Position numbers and translations under genes: made by a program. Of a stretch of DNA of 22,964 nucleotides, positions 1 through 11,829 are shown piece after piece. Within the stretch, counting starts at the first letter, position 1. The number at the start of each line of letters is the position of its first letter. Location: contig NW_021824914.1 in NCBI RefSeq assembly GCF_006345805.1, positions 1 through 22,964 on the forward strand, read 5' to 3'. Under the pieces are notes generated by a model that was given only the letters and a program-made list of their open reading frames with translations, did not search any database and was not told the DNA's origin. Origin of the DNA: Octopus sinensis. Its lineage: Eukaryota.

Positions 1-60
1 AGTGACTTCGAAGTTTCGGTCTGTTAAGCCATCCCCGAAACTTCGAAGTCACTGTCAATA
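1..60. repeat. Fold-back (palindromic) element, left part cut by the window edge
   Basis: AGTGACTTCGAAGTTTCGG (1-19) is the exact reverse complement of CCGAAACTTCGAAGTCACT (35-53); a second copy lies at 1943-2056. Confidence 0.85.
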
Positions 61-103
61 ATATTCCTGTATATATGTATATATATATATATATATTACA
101 AGC

Positions 104-240
104 ACGATGGGTTTCTTTCAGTTTGAGTTCACCAAATCCACTCAAAAGCCTTTGGTCGGCCCTGTGCTGCAGTTGCAGACAATTACAGAAGGTGCTGTGC
201 CCTGTGACTGACCTCAAGGCCACGTAATTCAGAACCTTGC
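104..240 (-). mobile_element. Degenerate partial SINE, family A (head/body)
   Basis: TTCTTTCAGTT..CCAAATCCACTCA.AAG.CTTTGGTCGGCCC matches the other family A copies; heavily diverged. Confidence 0.65.
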
Positions 241-308
241 TCCGCAACAACTAAAAATCGTATTCTTGGATTGTTTGGATTTAGAGTAATATATATATGT
301 TTGTATTT

Positions 309-712
<404 letters not shown>

Positions 713-751
713 TGTATGTGCATATATATAATATATTATATATATAATGAA

Positions 752-853
752 AGAATGGAGTTGAACGACGAATTAACAAAATTCCTTCAACCGTGTTTTT
801 TCTGACGTGAATTAACCGAATTATCCATAATAAGATAATTCATTCAACTACTC

Positions 854-857
<4 letters not shown>
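752..857. repeat. Imperfect fold-back element in (TA)n
   Basis: AATGGAGTTGAACGACGAATTA is an imperfect inverted repeat of TAATTCATTCAACTACTCATT; flanked by (TA)n. Confidence 0.5.
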
Positions 858-892
<35 letters not shown>

Positions 893-994
893 TAGATATA
901 TATATATATATATATATAATATATAAATGGTAAGACAACAAAAGAATGAAAGAGACCTCGATATTATGTAAATAGAGGAATTTATGTGTAAATG

Positions 995-1077
995 TAATAT
1001 GTACAATTATTTGGATTTCCACCCCCCGACTCCGAAACTCGGAGTTTTATCATGGCTACCGAATAATTGTCATATTA
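995..1077. repeat. Nested fold-back element in (TA)n
   Basis: Outer arms TAATATGTACAATTATTTGG (995-1014) and CCGAATAATTGTCATATTA (1059-1077); inner hairpin ACTCCGA-AAC-TCGGAGT (1029-1045). Confidence 0.7.
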
Positions 1078-1166
1078 TATATATATACATATAGATTCAG
1101 ATGAATATGGTACTTAAGTTGAGGTACCCCTGGATATCCTTGTTGCTTATTTTTTTTTGATATATA

Positions 1167-1223
<57 letters not shown>

Positions 1224-1514
1224 GCGTGTGAGAGAAGAGCAGAGAGTGCGTGAGCGTGTGTGTTTGTTACCTTTTTGAATTATGGTTGAATTATGTGTAG
1301 TTTATTAAAAGTTATTAAAAAGATTTTTTAATCTGTAAACTGCACTAACCTACGGTGCATACATATGTTCCATTTTGAAAATTAAACAGAGGTTATTGTG
1401 GATGACCTTGCTATATCCCTGTGACGGACATCACAATCACCAATCACTAAATGAAACGGACATTAATTATCATTTTTAAAGGATTTGATTTAAAGAATCT
1501 TGACGAATACATAT

Positions 1515-1751
1515 ACTCTTGTACTCTTTTACTTGTTTCAGTCATTTGACTGCGGCCATGCTGGAGCACCGCCCTTAGTCGAGCAAATCGACCCCAGGAC
1601 TTATTCTTTGTAAGCCAAGTACTCATTCTAATAGTATCTTTTACCGAACCGCTAAGTTACGGGGACGTAAACACACCAGCATCGGTTGTCAAGCGATGTT
1701 GGTGGGGGGACAAACACAGGCACACAAACACACACACACACACACACACAT

Positions 1752-1786
<35 letters not shown>

Positions 1787-1910
1787 CGACGGGCTTCTTT
1801 CAGTTTCCGTCTACCAAATCCACTCACAAGGCTTTGGTCAGCCCGTGGGACTGAACCCGGAACCATGTGGTTCGTAAGCAAGCTACTTACCACACACCCA
1901 CTCCTACGCC
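1515..1910 (-). mobile_element. tRNA-derived SINE, family A
   Basis: Minus strand starts GGCGTAGGAGTGGGTGTGTGGTAAGTAGCTTGCTTAC (A-box-like) with GGTTCAGTCCC (B-box-like); tail ends GCTCCAGCATGGCCGCAGTCAAATGACTGAAACAAGTAAAAGAG. Confidence 0.9.
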
Positions 1911-1942
1911 TATAAATTTACATTATTGGAGAAATATATATA

Positions 1943-2056
1943 TATTTATTATTCTTAAACGGGAATTGACTGTGACTTCGAAGTTTCGGCGAAAGCTTAA
2001 CTGGCTGAAACTTCGAAGTCACTGTCAATAATACTCTTCCCTAAGAATAATAAATA
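1943..2056. repeat. Fold-back element, second copy of the 1-60 family
   Basis: Outer arms TATTTATTATTCTTA / TAAGAATAATAAATA; inner arms GTGACTTCGAAGTTTC / GAAACTTCGAAGTCAC; loop shares GCTTAAC with the reverse complement of the first copy's loop. Confidence 0.85.
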
Positions 2057-2259
2057 CCATGAATCTAAACACAAGCAAACGGGATTACAGGAAATCTGTA
2101 AATGCCTTATTTAGTGACATTGAGCTAAGCTAGTCCGTCATCTCTATAAACTCACATTGTAGTAGATCTCTGTTTCCTTTCTTTCTTTCTTTCTTGTGTA
2201 ATCTAAGTTGAATGTCGATGTCTAGGACAAATACAGTAGTGATCCTTCAGGAAAACATG

Positions 2260-2386
2260 TTCATCATCATGATCGTCATCATCATTATCTTCATCATCAT
2301 CATCACCACCACCACCACCACCACCACTATCATCTTCATCATCATCATCATCATCATCATCGTCGTCATCATCATCATCATCGTCG

Positions 2387-2432
<46 letters not shown>

Positions 2433-3292
2433 TACCACTATTACGCTATCTCTACTATCACCATCACCACCACTACCAACACCATCACTGGTACCACTAA
2501 CACGATCAATTCCATAACCACTACCACTGCCACCATCAGAACAACAAATATTACCATTATCCTCACGAGTACCACTAACATCATCATCTTCATCATCGCC
2601 GTCATCGTCATCATCATATCATCATCAAAACCAGATACATCAGCACAAACACCGATTATAACTTCTTCACAACCACCATCATCACCATCACCATGGTCAT
2701 CATTACTACACCAACTATCACCACAACCTCAACCGTAGTCACTACCACCAGCACCAACACCAATACAATCAACAACAGCACAATTACAACTACAACACAA
2801 CTACCACCACCCACGCCATTATCATAATGACTTTCCATTATAACTGCGACCGCCATCACCCACCACCACTACAACAGCTACTACACCCACCATCACTACA
2901 GCCACCACCACAGCCATCACCATCACCACCACTTTCACAACCATCATCACAACCACTACCATTGTCGCCACCACCAACATCATAATCACCACCATCACCA
3001 CCACCACCATCGCGCTCACCATCGTCACCACCACGACTACCACTCCTGCCACCACCACCACCACCACCACTACTACTACTACTACTACCACCACCACCCA
3101 TACTACTACTACTACCACCACCACCACCACCACCACCCCTACTACTACTACTACAACAGCCACCACCGTCGCCAACCCAAACCTTCGTCACCAGCATCGT
3201 TACTACAACCACCATCACCACAAGCACCTCTACCACCACCGTCACAGACACCTCCACCATCGCGACCACTCTCACCAGAATCACCCACCATC
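2260..3292. repeat. Degenerate compound trinucleotide tract (ATC)n/(ACC)n/(ACT)n
   Basis: About 1 kb of CAT/CAC/ACT triplets seen directly; source of the poly-I/V/G/M ORFs. Confidence 0.9.
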
Positions 3293-3424
3293 TTATCCCC
3301 CCGCGTATGACTAGAAATACGTTAATCTGTGTGTTTATCGTTATATCTTTCCGCCAAAGCAGACAAGATGGCTGTGAGATCTTTATAGCTTGAGATACAA
3401 CACAGATAGGAGTGTGCCTCTGCC

Positions 3425-3631
3425 TCTGTGTGTGTGTGTGTCGTTGTATGTGTGTGTGTGTTTATGTACATATATTTACATATATATATATATGTGTATA
3501 TGTGTGTGTGTGCAGAGACACGCCACGTCCATATATATATATTTATATATATACACACACGCACATATATATATAACATACATAGATGCACACGTCGGCA
3601 TATATCATTTATATATATATTATATATATAT

Positions 3632-3689
<58 letters not shown>

Positions 3690-3785
3690 AACATCCATAC
3701 ACACATATTTATGTCTCCCTTTTTATATATGTATGTAATGTATATGTATGGACAAATATATACATATGTCCATATACATACAAAT

Positions 3786-3821
<36 letters not shown>

Positions 3822-4086
3822 TATATATATATATATGTCCATATACATACATATACATATATGTACGTATATGTGTGTGTACATGTATTTGTACGTACAT
3901 ATGTGTACATACATATATTATATATATATATATATATATTCTATATATGTATACACACATACATAAGCGTATGAATGTCATATATGAACACACGCATCTA
4001 CGGATTTTGTTTATTTTATATAAGCATAAATATGCTCATTAAAAACTTGCGTTAGAAGTTTGTTCAGCCTAATGAATATCACACAC

Positions 4087-4134
<48 letters not shown>

Positions 4135-4425
4135 GTATGTATGCGTTTACGCCAATGGGACAGCGTGTCTGCATATATTGCGAACGATCACAGAGATGAA
4201 ATACATACAGTTTTGTGTGATGTCATACCAAGTTGATATTAGCAATAATCCCGTATATCGTAGGGTATTGAATTGAAACAAACACAAGAAGACATGCAAG
4301 CTGTGATGAAGAGTTGGTATGTGTGTGGCTATGTATATATACATATGCATACATTCATACACACATATGCAGGCATACAAGCACACACACACGCACGCAA
4401 ATACACACACCCATGTATGTAAATA

Positions 4426-4457
<32 letters not shown>

Positions 4458-5140
4458 GAATATATATATATATATATTATATATATGCAGAGACAGAAAG
4501 AGAGATACATCTATATATACATGTGCATATCTATAAATATATGTACATGTATAGATGTACATATTCATATGTGTGTGTGTCTGTGTATGTGCGAGTCTGT
4601 GTGCACATGTATAGATCTGTATATATATATATATATATATATATAATACATACATATATAAATACACATATATACACACATATATGTATATATATACATA
4701 TATATATATATACACACATATATATATATATACATACATATATATATATATATACACATACATATGTATATATACACATGCATATATATATATACACGTA
4801 TATATACATGCATATTCATATGTATGTGTTTATATATATATATACTTATCTTCCTATCTATTTATATAGCTCTCTCTCCTTCTCTTTCTCTCTCTGTCTC
4901 TCTGTATGTATGCATTTATCTATACATATGTATGTATATATCTATGTATGTATGTATATATCTATGCATGTATGTATATATCTATGCATGTATGTATGTA
5001 TGTATGTATGTATGTATGTATGTATGTATGTATGTATGCATGTATGTATGTATGTATGCATGTATGTATGTATGTATGTATGTATGTATGTATGTATATA
5101 TGTATGTATGTATGTTTGTATGTATGGATGCATATATATC
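3425..5140. repeat. Compound (TA)n/(CA)n/(TC)n/(TATG)n microsatellite field
   Basis: Seen directly; clean (TATG)n at about 4990-5125; a short unique interruption at about 4145-4320. Confidence 0.9.
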
Positions 5141-5604
5141 TAAATTATTTGAAACCACGATTCGGCTCCAAGGTCCTATTTGTTTCAGGACGAACAAACG
5201 GAACATTTTTATTAGTGACTTGTAATTTCCCTGCTTGGAATTATTGGATAAGTATTCCTATTCATATATCGAATAACTGTTTCTTTTGCTGGAATGTTTA
5301 AATACACACACACACACACACATACACACACGCACACATACTAACACACACATAAGCACACACTTACAGGTTCACACGCAGTTTCTGCCAATATTAATGT
5401 CATAAACGTCCTACCCATCACAGTAGAATTGACCACAAACTAGCAACATCTTTATGATTCTGTCAGAAGCTGACGAAACTTCAAGTCACAAAGAGTCGAA
5501 TCAAACTGCTTTAAATAATAACTGCTACTAAACGTGTTGAGTGTCTTCTTTTGTTAGTCCACTTATTTGTATATGTATGTATATTATACACACACACAAA
5601 CACA

Positions 5605-5665
<61 letters not shown>

Positions 5666-6128
5666 GTTATTTTTCTTTTCTTTTACATGTTTCACTCATT
5701 TGACTGCGGCCATACTGGAGTACCACCTTTAGTCGAGCAAATCGACCCCAGGGTTTATTCTTTGTAAGCCTAGTATTTATTCTATCGGTCTCTATTGCCG
5801 AACCGCTAGGTTACGGGGACGTGAAGACACACCAGCATCGGTTGTCAAGCGATGTTGGGGGGGGGGAGCAAACACATACACACATGCATACATAATACAT
5901 ATATATATATGTATATGTATGTATATGTATATGTATATATATATATATATTATATATATATATATATATTATATATATACATGTATACGACGGGCTTCTT
6001 TCAGTTTCCGTCTACCAAATCCATTCACAAGGCTTTGGTCGGCCCGAGGCTATAGTAGAAGACACTTGCCCAAGGTGCCACGCCGTGGAACTGAACCCAG
6101 AACTATGTGGTTGGTAAGCAAGCTACTT

Positions 6129-6786
6129 TATTTCATTTCATTGGCCATGAAGGCCGTATACAGAGGGAGTAGCTTGCTGGCTGGACAAAAAACATTAATG
6201 AGATGAGTGATGAAAAGGATGGTATAAATGGGAGAAGGCAGAAGATGCCCGCCGATCTTCTGCTTCTCTAAAACATTGTTCCTTTTTTATTTTTTCAAAA
6301 CAAAAAACAACAAAACGAGGTATTAAACCTCTTACCCCATTTCTACAATTGCTGGACTAAATAGTCCATTACAAATTGAGGCGCAGAGCCTCTTATAAAT
6401 AATAAACATTCAGGCACTAAAGCCTCTTTATCCTTCCTCCCCGACCAGGCCGTATGCCTCCTGCAGGCAATGCTCCAGCTCCAGATCGGGGGCCCAGAAG
6501 GCGAACCTAAACTGGTCCTTCGGAAAGGAGCCCATCACCCTGAACAAACCGACGTCCGTAGTCACCTGCGGAGGCCAATCCGGGTCTTCAGTCCAAGGTA
6601 TGGTCTCCTCCCTCCGGCCTTCTAGCTTCCTCAAAAAGCTCTGAATTGCCCCTCCCTTATGAAAGAAGATAACAAAATCATCTATCGTGGCTCTGGGAGG
6701 GGGCCATAGTTTCCTCTGTCGGCACACTTCCCACCAACGAGGTTTCAGGACACGCTGGCAGTGTACCAACAACCGCCGGCAATGCC
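6129..6786 (-). mobile_element. 5'-truncated retroposed insert with a 16-bp TSD and a Tx1-like 3' terminus
   Basis: Flanked by GGTAAGCAAGCTACTT (6113-6128) and GGTAAGCAAGATACTT (6787-6802); intact SINE copies have this 16-mer once. Minus strand ends GGCC-TTCAT-GGCC-AATGAAATGAAATAAA. Confidence 0.85.
6428..6786 (-). CDS. C-terminal fragment (about 119 aa) of an unrecognised element-encoded protein
   Basis: GC-rich, non-repetitive frame open from the 5' junction (..HCRRLLVHCQRVLKPRWWEVC..) to TAA at 6428-6430; no RT, endonuclease or zf-RVT motif; the track's TTG start is not a true start. Confidence 0.55.
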
Positions 6787-6866
6787 GGTAAGCAAGATAC
6801 TTACCACACAGCCACTCTGTGGAACACCAATGTTTTACTGGAAGTAGCAGCCGATAGTTTTACGAC

Positions 6867-6928
6867 GCTATAGATAGATCGATTGATCGATAGATAGACA
6901 GGCCGGTAGATAGATAGATAGATAGATA
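6867..6928. repeat. Degenerate (GATA)n tract at the 3' end of Tx1 copy 1
   Basis: Seen directly. Confidence 0.85.
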
Positions 6929-9571
6929 TGTTTCTTTATTAGCCACACAGGGCTGCACACAGATAGAACAAATTACAAGGTAGAGCTTTTCTTTTGAAGG
7001 TTTAAAAAAAAAAAAAAGGAAGGGGGAGTTTCGATCAAAAGGGATCGTAAAAGGAGAGAAAGAGGACAAAAAAAGGGGGGTTAAAAAAAAAGGGGGAGGT
7101 TAAAAAAAAAAAATTTGATCAATAGGGATCGTTATCACAGAAATGTCAATATGAAGTGTAAAGGGGAGGACAGGTGAGGTTTACCCGTGGAAAGAAAAGC
7201 CTACGGAAAAGACCACGGTAACCTCGGTCAATGGAGTCACATGTTATATTTCTTTTTTTTTTTTTTTTTTCACGAATAAGCAACTCTCTGTTTTCAATTT
7301 CTGGGTTCATAGGATCATGCTCAAGGTGGCTTCGTCATTCATACGTGCCATTCTTGCTACATTCACCCATCTTTTTTTTAAACATTCGCTAGACAAAACT
7401 TGCCTCGCTACTCTCACTTTCCTTTTCAAGTGGTACTTGAAGAAGTTGATGAGAGATTGACCAGAGAGGAAAGTGTTTGTCTCCAATCCTTTCAGACGCG
7501 TCCACCAGATACATTCTTTCGCCATAGCCACAAGGATGATGAAAATAGCTCTTCCTTCCCGTTTGAAGGAAGGAGGCGTGACAATATTGACGATAGACTC
7601 AGCTGATAAACCGACTCGTCCCACACGTGACAGCAGTTGTTAGACATAAACCCACAGGTCGGAAATTGTTGGACACTGCACGAGTGCGTGCAGAACGGTT
7701 TCGTCGCTCTGACCGCATCTCGGGCAGGTCGGCCCCGTGTTTCTCGAGCCGTGTCTGTAGAGCTTATCCCGAACGGGTAGCGCTTCTCGGTAGCACTGCC
7801 AGGCCAGGGATCTCTGGAAGTTGTCCATGGGCCCTGGCCCGAAAGTCGTCCCTGAACAGGGGGTCAGGTACTCCTCGTCGACGTACAGGTTCGCCCCGAG
7901 CTCGTCGTCGTACCTCCCACCTCCCTCTCCACTAAACCCTATAGAATGCTTTGGTTGTGTTGAAGTCACGCAAGGTCGACCCAGGACGGCAGAGTTGCTT
8001 GAGAGCAACGCGACACTCGCGGTGCCATTCGCCCTTCCTCGGCCTCTTTTTGATCCACGACTGCAGTTCGGTCATGGAGACGAGCTGCGGGAAAGCGTGC
8101 CTCACAAACGGCGACCTCACCTGTTCACCGTCGTCTACGAAGAGCCAGAGATGTCGCAGTCTCAGCGCGTGTCTGCGCATCATCAACCACGGCATGCCCA
8201 GCCCTCCTTTTAACGGGTGTTGACAGCAAATGGATCGCCTGACCATCGGGACGCATCCTTTCCACAAGAAGCGAAAGAGAATGCGTTCTAGTTTGGTGAT
8301 GGTAGGGTCGGAACAAGGTACGACGGTCAGGCGTTAGTAGATGACGGACGCGATGTACGTTTTCGCCACCTCCGCCCGACCTTTTAGGTCCTCTCGGCCC
8401 ATTGCCGGGCGAGAGTGACCAACCTACTCGTTATCTCGTTCCAGTTCTTCTCCACTTGGAGGTCCGGACCAAACCAGACCCCGAGCAACTCAACCGGGCC
8501 GTCGGTCCAGCGTCCCACGACGGAGGCGCTGGTGGACGGCATGGGCTTTTCTCTCCAGGTGCCTAGTCGCAAGCCCACTGACTTTTCCCGGTTGATTTTC
8601 GCTCCTGTCACCCTTCGTAGTTTTTCAGTGTCTCGCCGACCTGCTCGATGTGCTCGTGGCTAGACACTATGACGATGACGTCGTCCGCGTATGCAGACAC
8701 GCTCGTCCCGCATCCCAGTTCTCGCGGGATGCCTCTCAAGGTTGCCAGCTTCCGCAATAATGGCTCGAGAGTCAATACGTATAGAAGCGACGAGAGGGGG
8801 CATCCTTGACGGACCGAACGTGCGATGTCGAAGGGTCTCGATAATGTCCATTCACGCGAATAACCGAACGGATGCCTCTGTACAAAGCGGCTATCCAGCC
8901 GCGGAAGACGGGACGAAGCCAGCCGCTCCGAGGACCGCCTCCAAGTATCGATGGTCCACCCTATCGAAAGCTTTCGATTGATCCAAATTGATCAGCGCCC
9001 CACCCATGCCAGGTTCGTTAACTACCCTGTCTATGATGTAGCGCATCAGGTGGAGGTTGTCATGGATGGTCCGGCCTGGCACGGCCATGTTTGCGCCTTG
9101 TCGACCAGTTTTCTCGATGACAAGCGCCAACCTCTTGGCTAGCACCTTGGCCAAAATTTTCTTTCTGCATTAAGCAGAGTGATGGCCTAAAGTTATCTAT
9201 TACATTTCCCTTGTTTAGATCTTTCTTCAGCAGTGTTACAGCTCCTCGGCTCACAAAACCAGGAATGCTCCCGTTTTGCTGCCAGTTGCTGTACACTGCC
9301 GCCAAGAGATCTCCAAACAAGTCTGGCATACAATTGTAAAGCTCGTAGGGTAGACCATCCAAACCCGGTGATTTGTCCCTCGAGCATTCTGCCATCGCTT
9401 CCTGCACTTCCGCCGCCGTGATGGCACCTTCGCAGCACCCTGCCTTTCTTGTCGAGAGTCGTGGTAGGCTATGTAGGTAGGCACTGAAGTCCACCTACGT
9501 TCTTGCCCTCCACTCGTTCCGAACAGTCGGGCAAAATGCTGCTGAAAGGCCTCACACATTTTACTTGGCTC
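6929..9571 (-). mobile_element. Tx1-like (L1 superfamily) non-LTR retrotransposon, copy 1, 5'-truncated
   Basis: RT motifs KSPGLDGLPYELY, LDQSKAFDRVDHRYL, RQGCPLS and YADD (8680-8691), then C-terminal CPRC..ETVLHALVQC (zf-RVT-type), a U-rich 3' UTR and AATAAA; no endonuclease or ORF1. Confidence 0.9.
7307..9571 (-). pseudogene. Frameshifted ORF2 (reverse transcriptase plus zf-RVT) of Tx1-like copy 1
   Basis: Coding similarity is split over minus-strand ORFs 9251-9559, 9060-9494, 8891-9154, 8384-8611, 7932-8267, 7640-8008 and 7307-7624. Confidence 0.9.

Positions 9572-9644
<73 letters not shown>
9572..9644. repeat. Perfect (GATA)n tract at the 5' truncation point of Tx1 copy 1
   Basis: About 18 perfect units directly adjoining coding sequence (EPSKMCEAFQQHF on the minus strand). 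Confidence 0.95.
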
Positions 9645-9673
9645 TTTACTTATTGGTATATATATTCCATTAT

Positions 9674-9948
9674 TCTTTTACTTGTTTCAGTCATTTCACT
9701 GCGGCCAAGCTGTAGCACCGCCTCAAACTTTTTTTTATCGAAGAAATCGACAGTAGGATTTATTCTTTGTAAGCCTAATCGTTATTCTGTCGAATCTCTT
9801 TTGCCGAACCGATAATTTACGGGCACATAAACTCTCCAACATCTGTTGTCATGCGACGAAGGGTGGGGACGAACACACACATACACACACGCAAATATAT
9901 AAATAAATATATACACACACACACATACACATACTTACATATATATAT

Positions 9949-9988
<40 letters not shown>

Positions 9989-10213
9989 ACACACACACAC
10001 ACACATACACACACACACACACACGCACACACATATATATATATACATACGATGGGCTTCTTTCAGTTTCCGTCTACCAAGTCCACCTACACGGTATTGG
10101 TCGGCCCGAGGCTAGAGTAGAAGACACTTGCCCAAAGTGCAACGCAGTGGGATTGAACCCGTAACCATGTAGTTAGAAAGGAAGCTTCTTACTGCGCAGC
10201 CACGCCATCGCCT
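9674..10213 (-). mobile_element. tRNA-derived SINE, family A (diverged)
   Basis: Same tail, microsatellite and head order as the other copies. Confidence 0.85.
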
Positions 10214-10494
10214 ATGTATATACATATATATGTGTGTGTGTGTGTGTGTTGTGTGTGTGTGTGTGTGTGTCTGAGTGTGTGTATATTTGTGTGTGCGTTT
10301 GTGTGTATTTGTGTGCATGTGTGTGTATGAGTGTGTGTGTGTACAAAATAGCTTTCTAGACAATAGAAATGGAACGATATTAATTTATTAGTCTACAAAA
10401 ATAATCCACCAATTTACTGGTCTGGTGCAATGCCGCTGTATTTAGGAACGTTTATAAATGAATGCTCATTCAAATGGAACAATATGCAAAACAT

Positions 10495-10600
10495 TAAGAA
10501 AATACAAAGGAAAATGCAAAGATAGCGACAGCAATGTGATCTGGTATAATCCTCCATATACGATTAGTGTATCACAAGACGTCCAGAGCAAAACGTTTAC
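10495..10600 (+). mobile_element. Possible Penelope-like element RT relic
   Basis: Translates to ..SNVIWYNPPYTISVSQDV.. (from 10530), resembling the IIWFNPPY/F motif of Penelope-like elements; short, with no other motif visible. Confidence 0.45.
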
Positions 10601-11309
10601 AGTTAAAACGACTTGCTCATAAACCAACTCACTACATCATGCACGATTACTACACAACTTTAACAATACACTTTAATTATCACTGGGCATCACGCCTTTA
10701 ACCCTGGTTATCGCATCTTAATTAATTTCGGGAATTATGGGTTCAAAAGAAGACTGTCAAGCCACTTGAAATAAAAAAAATAAATTCGTAGTAACAAGTC
10801 TCAATGTCAAGATTTTAATCTGAAACCGTAACGTAATGGATACATACATACATACATACATACAAATACCACACACACACCACATCATATATATATATAT
10901 ATATATATATTATATTATATATATATATATACGTATATGTATAATATATATGTGTATATATGCGTCTATATAGATATACTTACAATATATTATATATACA
11001 CAGATGTGATTATATGTGCTACAGAGTATTGATTTTATCTTCATATATTTTATACGAACTCGTCAAAATTAAATTATTGTAAATTTTAATTTAGATTGCA
11101 TTATTGAATTGAACAAAACTTAATTAAATTTTCGAAATAATAATTTCTCACACATACACACACACGCGCACACAGAGACTTGCACATACACACAAGCAAG
11201 CACACACACACACACACACACACACACTTTCTCTCTCTCTCTCTCTCTCTCTCATGTGTGTATAAACGCTTGTATCTATGTGCGTCATGTATTTATTTAT
11301 ATATATGTA

Positions 11310-11720
11310 TATGTGGCTGTGTGGAAAGTAGTTTGCTTAGGAACCATATGGTTCTAGGTTCAGTCACACTGCGTGGCAATTTGGGCAAGTGTCTTCTACT
11401 ATAACCTCGGGCCGACCAAAGCCTTGCGAGTGGATTTGGTAGAAGGAAACTGAAAGAAGCCTGTCGTATATATGTATACATGTATATACATGTGTGTGTG
11501 TGTATATGTTTGTGTGTCTGTGTTTGTCCCCCCCCCCCAATATCGTTTGACAACCGATGGTGGTGTGTTTACGTCCCCGTAACTTAGCGGTTCGGCAAAA
11601 GAACCGATGGAATAAGTACTAGGCTTACAAAGAATAAGTCCTGGGGTGGATTTGCTCGACTAAAGGCGGTGCTCCAGCATGGCCGCAGTCAAATGACTGA
11701 AACAAGTAAAAGTAAAAGAG
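11310..11720 (+). mobile_element. tRNA-derived SINE, family A
   Basis: TGGCTGTGTGG (A-box-like), GGTTCAGTCAC (B-box-like), TTGGGCAAGTGTCTT (CORE-like), internal (TA)/(TG), tail ending GAAACAAGTAAAAGTAAAAGAG. Confidence 0.9.
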
Positions 11721-11788
11721 TATATATATATATTAAGTTAGACATGGCCTGGACCAATCTTTGGTCGAAACATATCTAAGTTTATCTA

Positions 11789-11829
<41 letters not shown>

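Larger units (their letters stand above)
5674..6817 (-). mobile_element. tRNA-derived SINE, family A, split by a nested insertion
   Basis: Tail, microsatellite and head run 5674-6128; the remaining 5' head (GGTAAGCAAGATACTTACCACACAGCCACTC on the plus strand) resumes at 6787-6817. Confidence 0.9.

Noticed and set aside
2212-3284. Poly-Ile/Val/Gly/Thr ORFs resembling mucin or membrane proteins
   Set aside because: Degenerate trinucleotide repeat; frames shift and stop, with no splice or domain support.
5470-5490. CTGACGAAAC as a hammerhead ribozyme core
   Set aside because: CUGANGA and GAAA overlap with no stem II, and stems I and III are absent; better read as a remnant of the fold-back family.
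7400-9421. Plus-strand ORFs over Tx1 copy 1
   Set aside because: Antisense shadows of a GC-rich RT coding sequence.
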